Positions 33,095 to 42,078 of a stretch of 64,000 bases of DNA are shown here, in pieces. Numbering within the stretch: the stretch's first letter is position 1; each line of letters opens with the position of its first letter. Source of the DNA: Myxococcales bacterium (lineage in GTDB: Bacteria > Myxococcota_A > UBA9042 > JABWCM01 > BTVJ01); assembly GCA_045863395.1 (NCBI GenBank), contig BTVJ01000034.1, positions 1 through 64,000 on the forward strand, given 5' to 3'. A program made the translations under genes and the position numbers. The notes beneath the pieces are model-generated. The model worked only from the letters and a program-made list of their open reading frames with translations, did no database searches and was not told the origin of the DNA.

Positions 33095-33958
33095 GTGAAG
33101 ATCACACGGGTCAATGCACGCGGAATCGGCGGTCTCACGACATGGATGGCAGTTGCCGGCTTGGCCCTCGGCGCCACGGCCTGCCAGATCCAGGCGGAGG
33201 ACAACTCCAACTCCAACAACAACAATGGCAGCGACGCCGGTGAGGTGAGCCAGAGCCCGGACGAGATCCCGGACTCCACGCTGGCCATCTCGGGCAAGGT
33301 GCTCGACTCGACGAACCTCGCCCCCATCCAGGGAGCGATCGTCACGACAGAGCCCGCCATCGGTCAGATCGTGACCAACGCCGAGGGCGCCTACGTGTTC
33401 ACGGGAGACCAGGGCACGGCCATCCAGCTCGGCACCAACTACCGCATCACGGCGACCCGCCCCGGCTACGTCCAGAACAGCGCGTTCGTGACGGTTCAGC
33501 CGAAGCACAACCGCAACGTGGACATCCTTCTGACCAAGGGCGCCGAGGAGTTCATCATCAAGGCTTCCCCGACGAGCCTCAGCTTCACGAAGGGTGACTT
33601 CGACGGCAACGAGGCGTACAATCAGGTCACCCTGAAGCTCGACAGCGCCGCTCCGACCGCCGTGCAGCAGGCGTTCACGGTCAACGTGCCCATCCAGCAC
33701 CAGAAGTGGCTCTCGGTCATCCCCAACACGGGCACGGTCGGCGGCACGCCGCTGACGCTCAACGTGAAGGTCGACAAGTCCACCATCACGGACACCAAGA
33801 TCGGTTCCTTCGACATCGTGGGTGAGGGCAGCGGCCAGCTCACCATCCAGGTCTCGGTCAACCTCGGCGCGACCACCGGTGGTGGCGGCGGCGGCGGTGG
33901 CGGCGGCGAGGCCGACGCTGGTGGCGGTGGCGGTGCGGCCGACGCTGGCGCCCCCTAG
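33095..33958 (+). CDS. Lipoprotein with carboxypeptidase-regulatory-like and BACON/Ig-like domains
   Basis: Lipobox ATAC; ISGKVLD..PIQGAIV..TNAEGAY..YRITATRPGY; WLSVIP..G; poly-Gly tail. Confidence 0.8.
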   Translation: MKITRVNARGIGGLTTWMAVAGLALGATACQIQAEDNSNSNNNNGSDAGEVSQSPDEIPDSTLAISGKVLDSTNLAPIQGAIVTTEPAIGQIVTNAEGAYVFTGDQGTAIQLGTNYRITATRPGYVQNSAFVTVQPKHNRNVDILLTKGAEEFIIKASPTSLSFTKGDFDGNEAYNQVTLKLDSAAPTAVQQAFTVNVPIQHQKWLSVIPNTGTVGGTPLTLNVKVDKSTITDTKIGSFDIVGEGSGQLTIQVSVNLGATTGGGGGGGGGGEADAGGGGGAADAGAP

Positions 33959-34078
33959 CGCAGCAGCTCACTGGTAGCCTGAATCCTCTGCGACCCGTGG
34001 GGCGCCGGCCCTGTCCAACGTGGCAGTGTCCGGCGCCTCGCGGCGCAGACCTCGCCTCCTGCCCTCGGGGTGAACCCC

Positions 34079-35632
34079 ATGATGCACCGTGCTCTCAGAG
34101 CTTGTCCGCTACTGGCCATCGGGCTGGCGGCCCTCCTGGTGGCGGGGTGCCCGGACAAGTCCGACGATGGCGGCGATGGCACCACCGGCCCCGGAGGCGG
34201 TGGCGGTGGCGGCGGCGACACCGTCGCGCCCAAGCCGGTCACCGACTACTCCAAGTTCAGCACCACGACGCTCACTGGCTTCGTGTTCAACGCCGTGAGT
34301 GGCAAGCCCATCCAGAACGCGACCGTGTCGACGGAGCCACCGACCGAGTCGGTGCAGACGACCTCCACGGGCCTGTTCTCCATCAACATCGGCCACGCCT
34401 TTGGCGTCGTCACCATCAAGGCTGCCGCAAACGGGTACCGGCAACAACAGCAGACGTGCATCAACCTCAAGCCCGGCCTCAACACACTCGCGGACATCTC
34501 TCTGGTGAAGACGGACTCCGCGACGGATGGGGACTGTGTCCCGCCGTGCACAGGGTCCACGACCTGCGTCTCCGGCGTGTGCATCTCCGCGTGCAACCCG
34601 CTGTGCGGCTGTGGGGACCTGTGCGATCCGACGGCGCCCTCCCCCTGCCTTCCGGACCCGAACTTCGTGTCGTCGGCCATCTGCGAGAACAACTCGCACC
34701 CCGCCGGCAAGACCATGTGTGAGTGCGACCTGGGCTACGTGCCGGCCGGCGATGGGCGCACCTGCCTGCTGCCGGGCAACATCGAGGACTGCGGCAGCAA
34801 CGCCATCGCCACCGCGACGGGGTGCGAGTGTGAGAACGGCTACCTGCCCGACGTGAAGGGCGACGGCTGCATCCCCGCCGACGAGGCCGCCGCTCCCGGC
34901 TCCCTGGCCGGCAACACGGTCGTCCGCGAGTGGCCGACCCCCGGCCCATCGCCGCGGGGCATCGCCTTCGACGGCCAGACGCTGTGGCTAGGCGACGCCG
35001 CCCACGAGGTCATCTACCGCGTCCAGCCGGACGGCAGCGTGATCAAGGACTTCGACATCGGCGCCTATGCAAAGGCCCTGCGCGACATGACCTTCGGCAA
35101 CGGCTACGTCTACTTCACGGTGACCACGGGCGCGGATGGTGCAGGGCTGCCGCAGCTCATCCGTATGAGCGCCACCGACGGCACGATCAAGCACATCGAT
35201 ACGGCGAACAACTTCCAGACCACCGAGGGGATCACCTTCGATGGTGCCTACCTGGACTCGCTGGAAGGGCTGACCATCAAGCGCCGGTCACCAGACCTGG
35301 GGTCCAATGTGTTCCCGACGAACGTCGTCCTGACCGGGGGCGGCTCGTCGCAGGGGCAGTATACGGTGGTGGACGGCGTGCGCTTCCTCGCAAACACGCA
35401 GAACCAGTTCATCGGGTGGGTGGGGACCCGGTACGACGGCAACGACTTCCTGGCCCAGTTCGTGACGCTCAATGCAGTCCACAAGACGCAGAGCGCCGAG
35501 CTCGGGCGCCTCGAGCTGCCCGTGGGCGGGAGCCACGTGGCGGGCATCGAGCTGTTCGGCACGCGCATGTGGGTCGTCGCGGCCGGCAGTGGCAAGGACA
35601 CCCCCAAGGTCGTGGAGGTCAAGCTTGACTAG
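34079..35632 (+). CDS. Lipoprotein with carboxypeptidase-regulatory-like, EGF-like and beta-propeller domains
   Basis: Lipobox VAGC; CECDLGY/CECENGY EGF-like motifs; PRGIAFDGQTLW, EGITFDG. Confidence 0.8.
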   Translation: MMHRALRACPLLAIGLAALLVAGCPDKSDDGGDGTTGPGGGGGGGGDTVAPKPVTDYSKFSTTTLTGFVFNAVSGKPIQNATVSTEPPTESVQTTSTGLFSINIGHAFGVVTIKAAANGYRQQQQTCINLKPGLNTLADISLVKTDSATDGDCVPPCTGSTTCVSGVCISACNPLCGCGDLCDPTAPSPCLPDPNFVSSAICENNSHPAGKTMCECDLGYVPAGDGRTCLLPGNIEDCGSNAIATATGCECENGYLPDVKGDGCIPADEAAAPGSLAGNTVVREWPTPGPSPRGIAFDGQTLWLGDAAHEVIYRVQPDGSVIKDFDIGAYAKALRDMTFGNGYVYFTVTTGADGAGLPQLIRMSATDGTIKHIDTANNFQTTEGITFDGAYLDSLEGLTIKRRSPDLGSNVFPTNVVLTGGGSSQGQYTVVDGVRFLANTQNQFIGWVGTRYDGNDFLAQFVTLNAVHKTQSAELGRLELPVGGSHVAGIELFGTRMWVVAAGSGKDTPKVVEVKLD

Positions 35633-37256
35633 GCAACGACTGTCCGGGGTTGGGGCGCTCGCCCTGCTGCTGGCGGTGGCCCAGGCCGCGCCCAACCTCG
35701 GCTGCGACACCATCTTCCCCGCCCGGGACCTGAGCGACGCCGGAGTGACCAGCGGCGGCAACGGTGGGGGCGGCGGATCCGTCGACAACAACAGCAACAT
35801 CGTCTACCCGTACAGCCAGGGGTGCAACTGCGCCCAAGGGTACGCCTGCACGGAGAGCAGCGGGTGCCAGAGCTACACCTGCTTCGCCTCGGGAGCCACG
35901 TGGTTCGACGCACAAGGCAACTGCGCGCGGCAGGGCATGCAGCTCGCGTTCATCCAGGACGACACCCAGAACAAGTTCGTCGCCAGCGCGTGCGCGGAGG
36001 CGGGGGCCGAGAAGTGGTGGATCGGCGCCCAGGACATCGCGACGGAGGGAGCCTTCTTCTCCGAGGGTGGCGTCGCGCTCAGCTTCACGAGCTGGTCCGA
36101 GGGCTCCCCCAAGGCCGGTGGCTCCGGAGGCGCACAGAACGACTGCGCGGTGATGGACAAGGATGGCAAGTGGCAGGATGTGAGCTGCAACGACAAGTTC
36201 GCCTACGCCTGCGTGACCCCGACGAGCGGCGTCCAGAGCGTGGCGAGCGGCACGGGCTGCTTCAACCCGGGGATGGCCGTGGGGTGCGGCATCGGCCAGA
36301 CCTGTACCACGACCAGCGGCAACCAGCCGGTAAACGTGTGCCTGCGCTCTTGCGAGGGGGCGTCGGAGTGCACCGAGGAGACCCGCTGCACCTCGACGGA
36401 CAAGGGCAAGTTCTGCCTCAAGCGCTGTGAGACGACGGCTGATTGCGTCTCCGATGGTTTCTCCCTGCGGTGCATCCACGTGGGTGGCGGCGACGGGGTC
36501 TGCTGGACGCAGGGCTCGAAGTCGGGCGAGGTGGTCACCAAGCCGGTGCTCGTGCTCGACCGCATCGAGATCAACGCGGCGGGTGGGGTGATGCCGGGCG
36601 CTCAGATCTCGCTCGGGATCTACGTGAAGAACCAGGGCGAGGGCGACGCCACCGACGTCACGGCGACCGTATCCCAGAAGGACGCCTTCACGAAGGGGCT
36701 CGTCAACGAGAGCGGAGGGCCGGCCTTCATCGGCGCGGGGCAGGAGGGCGTGCTCGTCGTGAGCCCGCAGTTCAGCCTCGCGAACAACCTGCCCTTGAAC
36801 CAGCCCGTGGGCTTCCAGATCACGCTCAACGACGGGGCCTCGGGGCTCCAGTGGACCATCCCCTTCGAGATCACCGCGTTCAAGAGCGCGGCGCTGGTGT
36901 GGGTCTCGGAGGTGCAGATCACGTCGACGGACAGCGGTGACCAGACCCTGTCGCCGGGCGAGTCAGGCTCATTCGTAGCGTATGCCGAGAACCTGGGCTT
37001 CGCGGCAGCCTCCGGGGTCACGGCGAAGGTGGCGGTCAAGAGCGGCAAGGCGACCATCTCCAACGTGTCCGCATCGGCGCTCGGGTTCGGCGACCCGACT
37101 ACGGTCGTGGTTCCGGCCCCGCCCCAAGGGTTGCTGCAGGGCACGCTGGCCATCGACCCAAGTCAGCCCGCGGCGGACCCGATCCTATTGAAGTTCACGA
37201 TCACCGAGTCCGGGGGGACCGAGTGGATCCAAGACGTCGCTGTGCCCCTCCAGTAG
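35625..37256 (+). CDS. Exported protein with C-type lectin domain, Cys-rich linker and Ig-like (CARDB-like) domains
   Basis: TWFDAQGNC...LAFIQ...WWIGAQD..EG.F...W...P...NDCAVM...WQDVSC...YAC; TTG start inferred. Confidence 0.8.
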   Translation: MTRQRLSGVGALALLLAVAQAAPNLGCDTIFPARDLSDAGVTSGGNGGGGGSVDNNSNIVYPYSQGCNCAQGYACTESSGCQSYTCFASGATWFDAQGNCARQGMQLAFIQDDTQNKFVASACAEAGAEKWWIGAQDIATEGAFFSEGGVALSFTSWSEGSPKAGGSGGAQNDCAVMDKDGKWQDVSCNDKFAYACVTPTSGVQSVASGTGCFNPGMAVGCGIGQTCTTTSGNQPVNVCLRSCEGASECTEETRCTSTDKGKFCLKRCETTADCVSDGFSLRCIHVGGGDGVCWTQGSKSGEVVTKPVLVLDRIEINAAGGVMPGAQISLGIYVKNQGEGDATDVTATVSQKDAFTKGLVNESGGPAFIGAGQEGVLVVSPQFSLANNLPLNQPVGFQITLNDGASGLQWTIPFEITAFKSAALVWVSEVQITSTDSGDQTLSPGESGSFVAYAENLGFAAASGVTAKVAVKSGKATISNVSASALGFGDPTTVVVPAPPQGLLQGTLAIDPSQPAADPILLKFTITESGGTEWIQDVAVPLQ

Positions 37257-37266
37257 CAGGCTCGCC

Positions 37267-37695
37267 GTGATCATCCGCGACCTTCGCTCCCCCGAGGACA
37301 TCGCCGCGCTGCACGACCTCCGCCTGCGGGTGCTCCGCCCTGGGCGCCCACCCGAGGCGGCGGTGTGGCCTCTCGACGACCACCCGGACGCGCTCCACCT
37401 CGGCGCCTTCCATGGGACAACGTGCGTCGGCATCGCGAGCGTCGTCCCGGAAGATGGGTGGCGCCTCCGAGGGATGGCCGTGGAGCCGGACCTTCAGGGC
37501 ACGGGCATCGGCGCAGCCCTGGTTCGCGCCCTCCAGGAGCGCTTCGGGCAGGCGGGACGCGTCCTTTGGTGCAACGCTCGGACCTCCGCCGCCGGGTTCT
37601 ATGTCCGCCTCGGCTTCGTGATCGAGGGGGCGCCGTTCGAGCTCCCCGGCATCGGCCCTCACGTCGTCATGCGGTGGGCACTGCCCGTGCGCTGA
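37267..37695 (+). CDS. GNAT-family N-acetyltransferase
   Basis: LRVLRP, WRLRGMAV, QGTGIG, LWCNAR..A.GFY..LGF. Confidence 0.9.
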   Translation: MIIRDLRSPEDIAALHDLRLRVLRPGRPPEAAVWPLDDHPDALHLGAFHGTTCVGIASVVPEDGWRLRGMAVEPDLQGTGIGAALVRALQERFGQAGRVLWCNARTSAAGFYVRLGFVIEGAPFELPGIGPHVVMRWALPVR

Positions 37696-37756
37696 GAGGC
37701 GGGGGCTCCGGAACGCGCAGGCCCTCTGCGAGAGCGCGGACTCCGCGCGCCTTCGG

Positions 37757-37784
37757 TTGACTCCCCTCCACCTGCTGCTACGAT
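37757..37784 (+). promoter_or_regulatory. Putative sigma70 promoter
   Basis: TTGACT-N16-TACGAT with extended -10 TG; predicted TSS ~37791. Confidence 0.55.
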
Positions 37785-37790
37785 TCCACT

Positions 37791-37921
37791 GGGCGGCATA
37801 CCCGCGGGAGCCGCAACTCACAGACATGGTGTGGTGTACGTCACGCGGTGCCCCGGGGGGCGCCGCCGAGGTCGATCCCCCGGGCCGACGTGACGCACAC
37901 CCTCGCAAGGCCTCGCCGCCG
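37791..37921 (+). ncRNA. Candidate structured RNA (leader or sRNA), unknown class
   Basis: Terminal GGCGGC/GCCGCC stem enclosing a long imperfect hairpin 37833-37901 and two small hairpins. Confidence 0.4.
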
Positions 37922-37939
37922 ACCTTCAGGGGAACGCGT

Positions 37940-40900
37940 ATGACTCGTGCCCGCACATGGCTGCTCCTCGCGCTGGGCGCGGCCGCAGGCTGTGGCGGTG
38001 GCGAGGGCGCGTTCTTCGCCGCTCTGCAGGACGCCATCTCCGCCGGCCCCGATGCCTCCGTCGCAGTCGCGGCAACCCCGGATGTCCATGCCACCGAGGA
38101 GGATGTGTGGGTCATTGGGAGAGCCGACGTCTCGGGGGCCGACGTCGGCGACGTGCCAGGGGAACCCAGCTCCGTCGTCTTGGACGCCGTCATCCCGTCG
38201 CTGGGTTCGACCGGGGGCGGTGAGATCGTCGCCGTCACCGGAACAGGGTTCCTGCCCGGAGCCACGGTGCTCTTCGGGGGGACTGCGGGCGCATACACCT
38301 TTGTCGAGTCGGAGGGGCGCCTCCTCGTGATGACCCCCGCGCACGCTCCGGGCAGGGTGGATGTGGAGGTCGTGGTGCCAGATGGCGACCGGGGGCTCCT
38401 CCCGAGCGCGTTCGAGTTCGCGAGCCCCGTGCACATCGACGCCGTCGCGCCTCCGGTGGGGCCCGTAGCGGGGGGGACGCCCATCGAGGTGCTCGGGTCT
38501 GGCTTCCTTCCGGGCTCGGTGCTCTTGGTCGGGGGGCTGCCCGCGATCTCGCCGCTCGTCATTGACGAGGGCCGCATTCAGGCGATCACGCCGCCCGGGG
38601 TGCCCGGACCCGCTGACATCCACGTGTCGACGCCCTCGGGCGGCGGAAAGAAGGATGGCGGCTTCTTCTATACGAGCGCGCCCGAGGTCGATGCGCTGGA
38701 CCCGTGGAGTGGGACGGCCTTCGGTGGCACCAAGCTGCGCCTCGTGGGGGCGGCGATGCCGGCGGGGACCGAGGTCTGGCTCGCGGGAGAGCCCGCGACC
38801 GTGGTGGAGCCAGGGGACGGCACGTCGATCACCGTGTTGACGCCGGGCGGGCCTCCCGGGCCGGTGGACGTCGTCGTCGCCAACGAGCATGCGGCGACGC
38901 TGCTCCCGGGCGCGTACACCTATACCGCAGAGACTACGGCTCCGACCCTGTGGAACCTCTGGCCGCACCAGGGCTCCCAGGCTGGTGGCGAGGTGGTGAC
39001 GCTCACCGTGACGGGGCTTGGGGATGCAGAGGATCTGATCGTGCGCTTTGGGGCCGTGCCGGCCACCGTTGTGTCGGTCAGCGCGCAAGCCAACACCATC
39101 GTGGCGAAGACGCCGGCCTTCCCGGCACCTGGGCCCGTGGACGTCACGGTCCAAGCGGGCACACAGGAGAGCACGCTGAAGGCGGCTTACCTGGTGCTCG
39201 CGCCGCTGGTCGTTACGGGGATCACCCCAGGGACGGGCCCATCGGAGGGCGGCACCCCCATCGTGGTCAGCGGGCAGGGCTTCGGACCTGCGTCGGAGCT
39301 GCGGGTGGGCCCCCTGCCCGCGAGCGCGGTCGCGGTGGTGGACGACCAGACAATCCAGGCCGTCACGCCGGCTGGGAGCGCCGGCTACGCAGACGTACAC
39401 GTCGTGGACGGCGACCGGAAGGCGACGCTGACCGGAGGCTTCCTCTACACGGGAGCCGACGGCCTGGTCGTCCACGCCCTGGAGCCGACGGCGGGCGCCA
39501 TGGCGGGCAGCACGTATGTAGAGATCTACGGGAGCGGCTTCGTGCCAGGCACGCAGGTCCTGTTCGGGGACACGCCCGCCGCCTCGGTCACGGTGGTCTC
39601 GCCCGTGGTGCTCGCCGTCTACAGCCCACCGGGCTTCGTGGAGACAGTGGATCTGACGGTGATCACCCCCGCGGCGACCAAGGTGCTGTCCGGGGCGTGG
39701 ACGTGGTTCAACCCGCTGAGCGACAAGGGGGGGACCTGGGGAGGGCAGATCGACGGCTCCGTGAACGTGTCGGTGCTGGACGGCATGACCGGAGGGCCGG
39801 TCGGCGGGGCCGTGGTGGTGCTGGGGGCGGGCGAGAAGGCGTGGGTCCGCATCGCGGACGACAACGGGCAGACGACGTTCAGCAAGAAGGGGCTCTTCGG
39901 GCCGGTGCAGATCACGGCCACCAAGGGGGCTCCCCCCATGAAGTACAGTGCCTACAGCCTCGTGGACTACGACGCAAAGAACGCCACCATCTACCTGATC
40001 CCCGAGATCCCGCCCCAGCCGGGTGGAGGAGGAGGCGTCACCGTGCCGGCCCAGGTCTCGGGCCGCGTCTTCGGGATGGACAAGTACATCCTCCCGCCTC
40101 CGGGAGACTGCGCAAAGAAGATCGCCAGCGGCCAGGTGTCCGCATACTGCCAGCCATGTCAGGACACCGCCGAGTGCACGGCCGTCGGTGCCGGCCCCGG
40201 GTGGGTCTGCGCCGAGCTGCTCCAGCCCGACTGGACGCTGGCGCCGTTTTGCACCACGGCCTGCTCCGTGAACGCCGACTGTCCGACGGGCTACGTCTGC
40301 GGCGCCGCGGGCGGGGCCTCCCACTGCCACCCGGCTCCACCGCAGAGGGCCGCGTTCTGCATGACGAGCAAGGAGAACCACTTCGGCTACCAGCCGCTGT
40401 TCGACGCCACCCAGCGCGTGGACGAGGAGGGCAACTACTCGGTGACAGCGCGGGTAGGGGAGCTGGCCATCGTCTGCTGGGGCGGCTGGGTCGACGAGCT
40501 CGGGGCGTTCACGCCGTCGGTGATGGGTGTCAGGCGCCATGTGTTCACATGGTCGGGCGGGCTGATCGATGGTCAGGACGTCACGCTGAACATCCCCGCG
40601 CAGCACACGCTCCGCGCACGATTCCTGGAGCCCCCGACCCACCCGAGCGGCCTGAGCTCGCCCTACTTCAAGTTCAGCCTGCAGCTCGACGGTGAGGATG
40701 GCTACATCCAGGTGCCGGAGGCTCCCCTCGACCCCAAGGGCCCACTGTTCGAGTTCCGGGGCTACCCGGAGCGGCTCGACGGGCCGCTGTTTGGGGCGAC
40801 CTACAGCTTCTACACCTCGCTCTACGCGGCGACCACGACCGGGATGCCCTATGGGGTCGTGTTCGCGCAGGGTGTGGCGGACATCGTGGGGGAGAGCGTG

Positions 40901-42073
40901 GTGGTGAGGAGCGAGGGCGGATGGACGCCGCTCGGGAAGGAGATCCGTCGCGACCTTGCCGGCATCTGGGGCGCTCCGGGGGGCGATCTGTGGGCCGTAG
41001 GGCCGGGTGGGCTCATCGTGCGCGGCGGGCCAGCCGGGTGGTGGCCGCAGGGGGCCATCGTCAAGTCGGACCTGAACGCCGTCTGGGGCTCGGCATCCGA
41101 CGACGTCTGGGCCGTGGGCGCGGGTGGCGTGGCTCTGCACTTCGACGGGCTGCTGTGGTCGCTGGTGCCGACGGGGACTCTGGAGGACCTGCACGACGTC
41201 TGGGGAGCGGGCCCGTCGGACGTCTACGCAGTGGGGGACGGAGGCGTCCTGCACTGGGACGGGGGCTCGTGGACCCCTGTGCCGCTCGACCACACCAAGC
41301 TCCTGACGGGCGTCACGGGAGACGCGGGCAACCTGTGGGCCGTCGGCGCGGACGGGAAGGTCGTCCACCGGAGCGGGCAGAGCTGGGTTGCGTCCTTCGT
41401 GGCGCCCGGGCAGTCACTCCACGCCGTCTGGGCCGGCGATGGCCTCGTCGTGGCGGTCGGAGACGGGGGGACGGTGCGGGTACGCAAGGGAGGGGCATGG
41501 AGTGAGGTGCCGGTTCCCACGACGGCCACCCTCCGCGGGGTCTGGGGGAGGGCCGCCAACGACGTGGTCGTGGTGGGCGATGGCGGCACGATCCTGCGGT
41601 GGGACGGCGTCGCGTGGCACGACGAGTCCGACCCGACCCTGGGTGTCGACCTGCGCGCCGTCTGGACAGGGCCCGAGGGGGGAGCGGCCGTGGGGCACTT
41701 CAGCGTGCTCATCGGTCCGTTCATGCCCTTCCCGAAGATCACGACGCCGATGGACGGCGCCTCGCTGACAGACCACCGGATCACGTGGGACCTGCCAGCA
41801 GCCGCGGTGGACATCCACGGTGTGACGCTGAGCGCTGAGAACGGCTCGCCCGCCTGGCAGATGCTCGTTGACGGCGACGTGGACCGGGTGGACCTGCCGG
41901 ACTTCCAGGCGCTCCAGGCGCTGGAGGTGCTGCCGCCAGGGGCGATTCGGATGAACCTCACGCACATCCGCTTCAACGCAGCCACTCCCTTCGACCTGAA
42001 CTCCTACATCAGCCAGGATCTGAGCCTGTACCGCCGCTTCACCTGGTCTATCGGCCAGGTGGTCTCCTGGTAG
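37940..42073 (+). CDS. Large lipoprotein: six IPT/TIG domains, Cys-rich segment, C-terminal beta-propeller
   Basis: Lipobox AAGC; six P..G...GG..V...G.GF repeats; repeated L..VWG...DVWAVG..G motifs. Confidence 0.88.
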   Translation: MTRARTWLLLALGAAAGCGGGEGAFFAALQDAISAGPDASVAVAATPDVHATEEDVWVIGRADVSGADVGDVPGEPSSVVLDAVIPSLGSTGGGEIVAVTGTGFLPGATVLFGGTAGAYTFVESEGRLLVMTPAHAPGRVDVEVVVPDGDRGLLPSAFEFASPVHIDAVAPPVGPVAGGTPIEVLGSGFLPGSVLLVGGLPAISPLVIDEGRIQAITPPGVPGPADIHVSTPSGGGKKDGGFFYTSAPEVDALDPWSGTAFGGTKLRLVGAAMPAGTEVWLAGEPATVVEPGDGTSITVLTPGGPPGPVDVVVANEHAATLLPGAYTYTAETTAPTLWNLWPHQGSQAGGEVVTLTVTGLGDAEDLIVRFGAVPATVVSVSAQANTIVAKTPAFPAPGPVDVTVQAGTQESTLKAAYLVLAPLVVTGITPGTGPSEGGTPIVVSGQGFGPASELRVGPLPASAVAVVDDQTIQAVTPAGSAGYADVHVVDGDRKATLTGGFLYTGADGLVVHALEPTAGAMAGSTYVEIYGSGFVPGTQVLFGDTPAASVTVVSPVVLAVYSPPGFVETVDLTVITPAATKVLSGAWTWFNPLSDKGGTWGGQIDGSVNVSVLDGMTGGPVGGAVVVLGAGEKAWVRIADDNGQTTFSKKGLFGPVQITATKGAPPMKYSAYSLVDYDAKNATIYLIPEIPPQPGGGGGVTVPAQVSGRVFGMDKYILPPPGDCAKKIASGQVSAYCQPCQDTAECTAVGAGPGWVCAELLQPDWTLAPFCTTACSVNADCPTGYVCGAAGGASHCHPAPPQRAAFCMTSKENHFGYQPLFDATQRVDEEGNYSVTARVGELAIVCWGGWVDELGAFTPSVMGVRRHVFTWSGGLIDGQDVTLNIPAQHTLRARFLEPPTHPSGLSSPYFKFSLQLDGEDGYIQVPEAPLDPKGPLFEFRGYPERLDGPLFGATYSFYTSLYAATTTGMPYGVVFAQGVADIVGESVVVRSEGGWTPLGKEIRRDLAGIWGAPGGDLWAVGPGGLIVRGGPAGWWPQGAIVKSDLNAVWGSASDDVWAVGAGGVALHFDGLLWSLVPTGTLEDLHDVWGAGPSDVYAVGDGGVLHWDGGSWTPVPLDHTKLLTGVTGDAGNLWAVGADGKVVHRSGQSWVASFVAPGQSLHAVWAGDGLVVAVGDGGTVRVRKGGAWSEVPVPTTATLRGVWGRAANDVVVVGDGGTILRWDGVAWHDESDPTLGVDLRAVWTGPEGGAAVGHFSVLIGPFMPFPKITTPMDGASLTDHRITWDLPAAAVDIHGVTLSAENGSPAWQMLVDGDVDRVDLPDFQALQALEVLPPGAIRMNLTHIRFNAATPFDLNSYISQDLSLYRRFTWSIGQVVSW

Positions 42074-42078
42074 GCGCC

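Noticed and set aside
37791..37921. Retron msr-msd, 6S RNA or SRP RNA identity for the structured element
   Set aside because: No adjacent RT gene, no SRP helix-8 motif, and it is shorter than typical 6S RNA; kept only as an unclassified RNA
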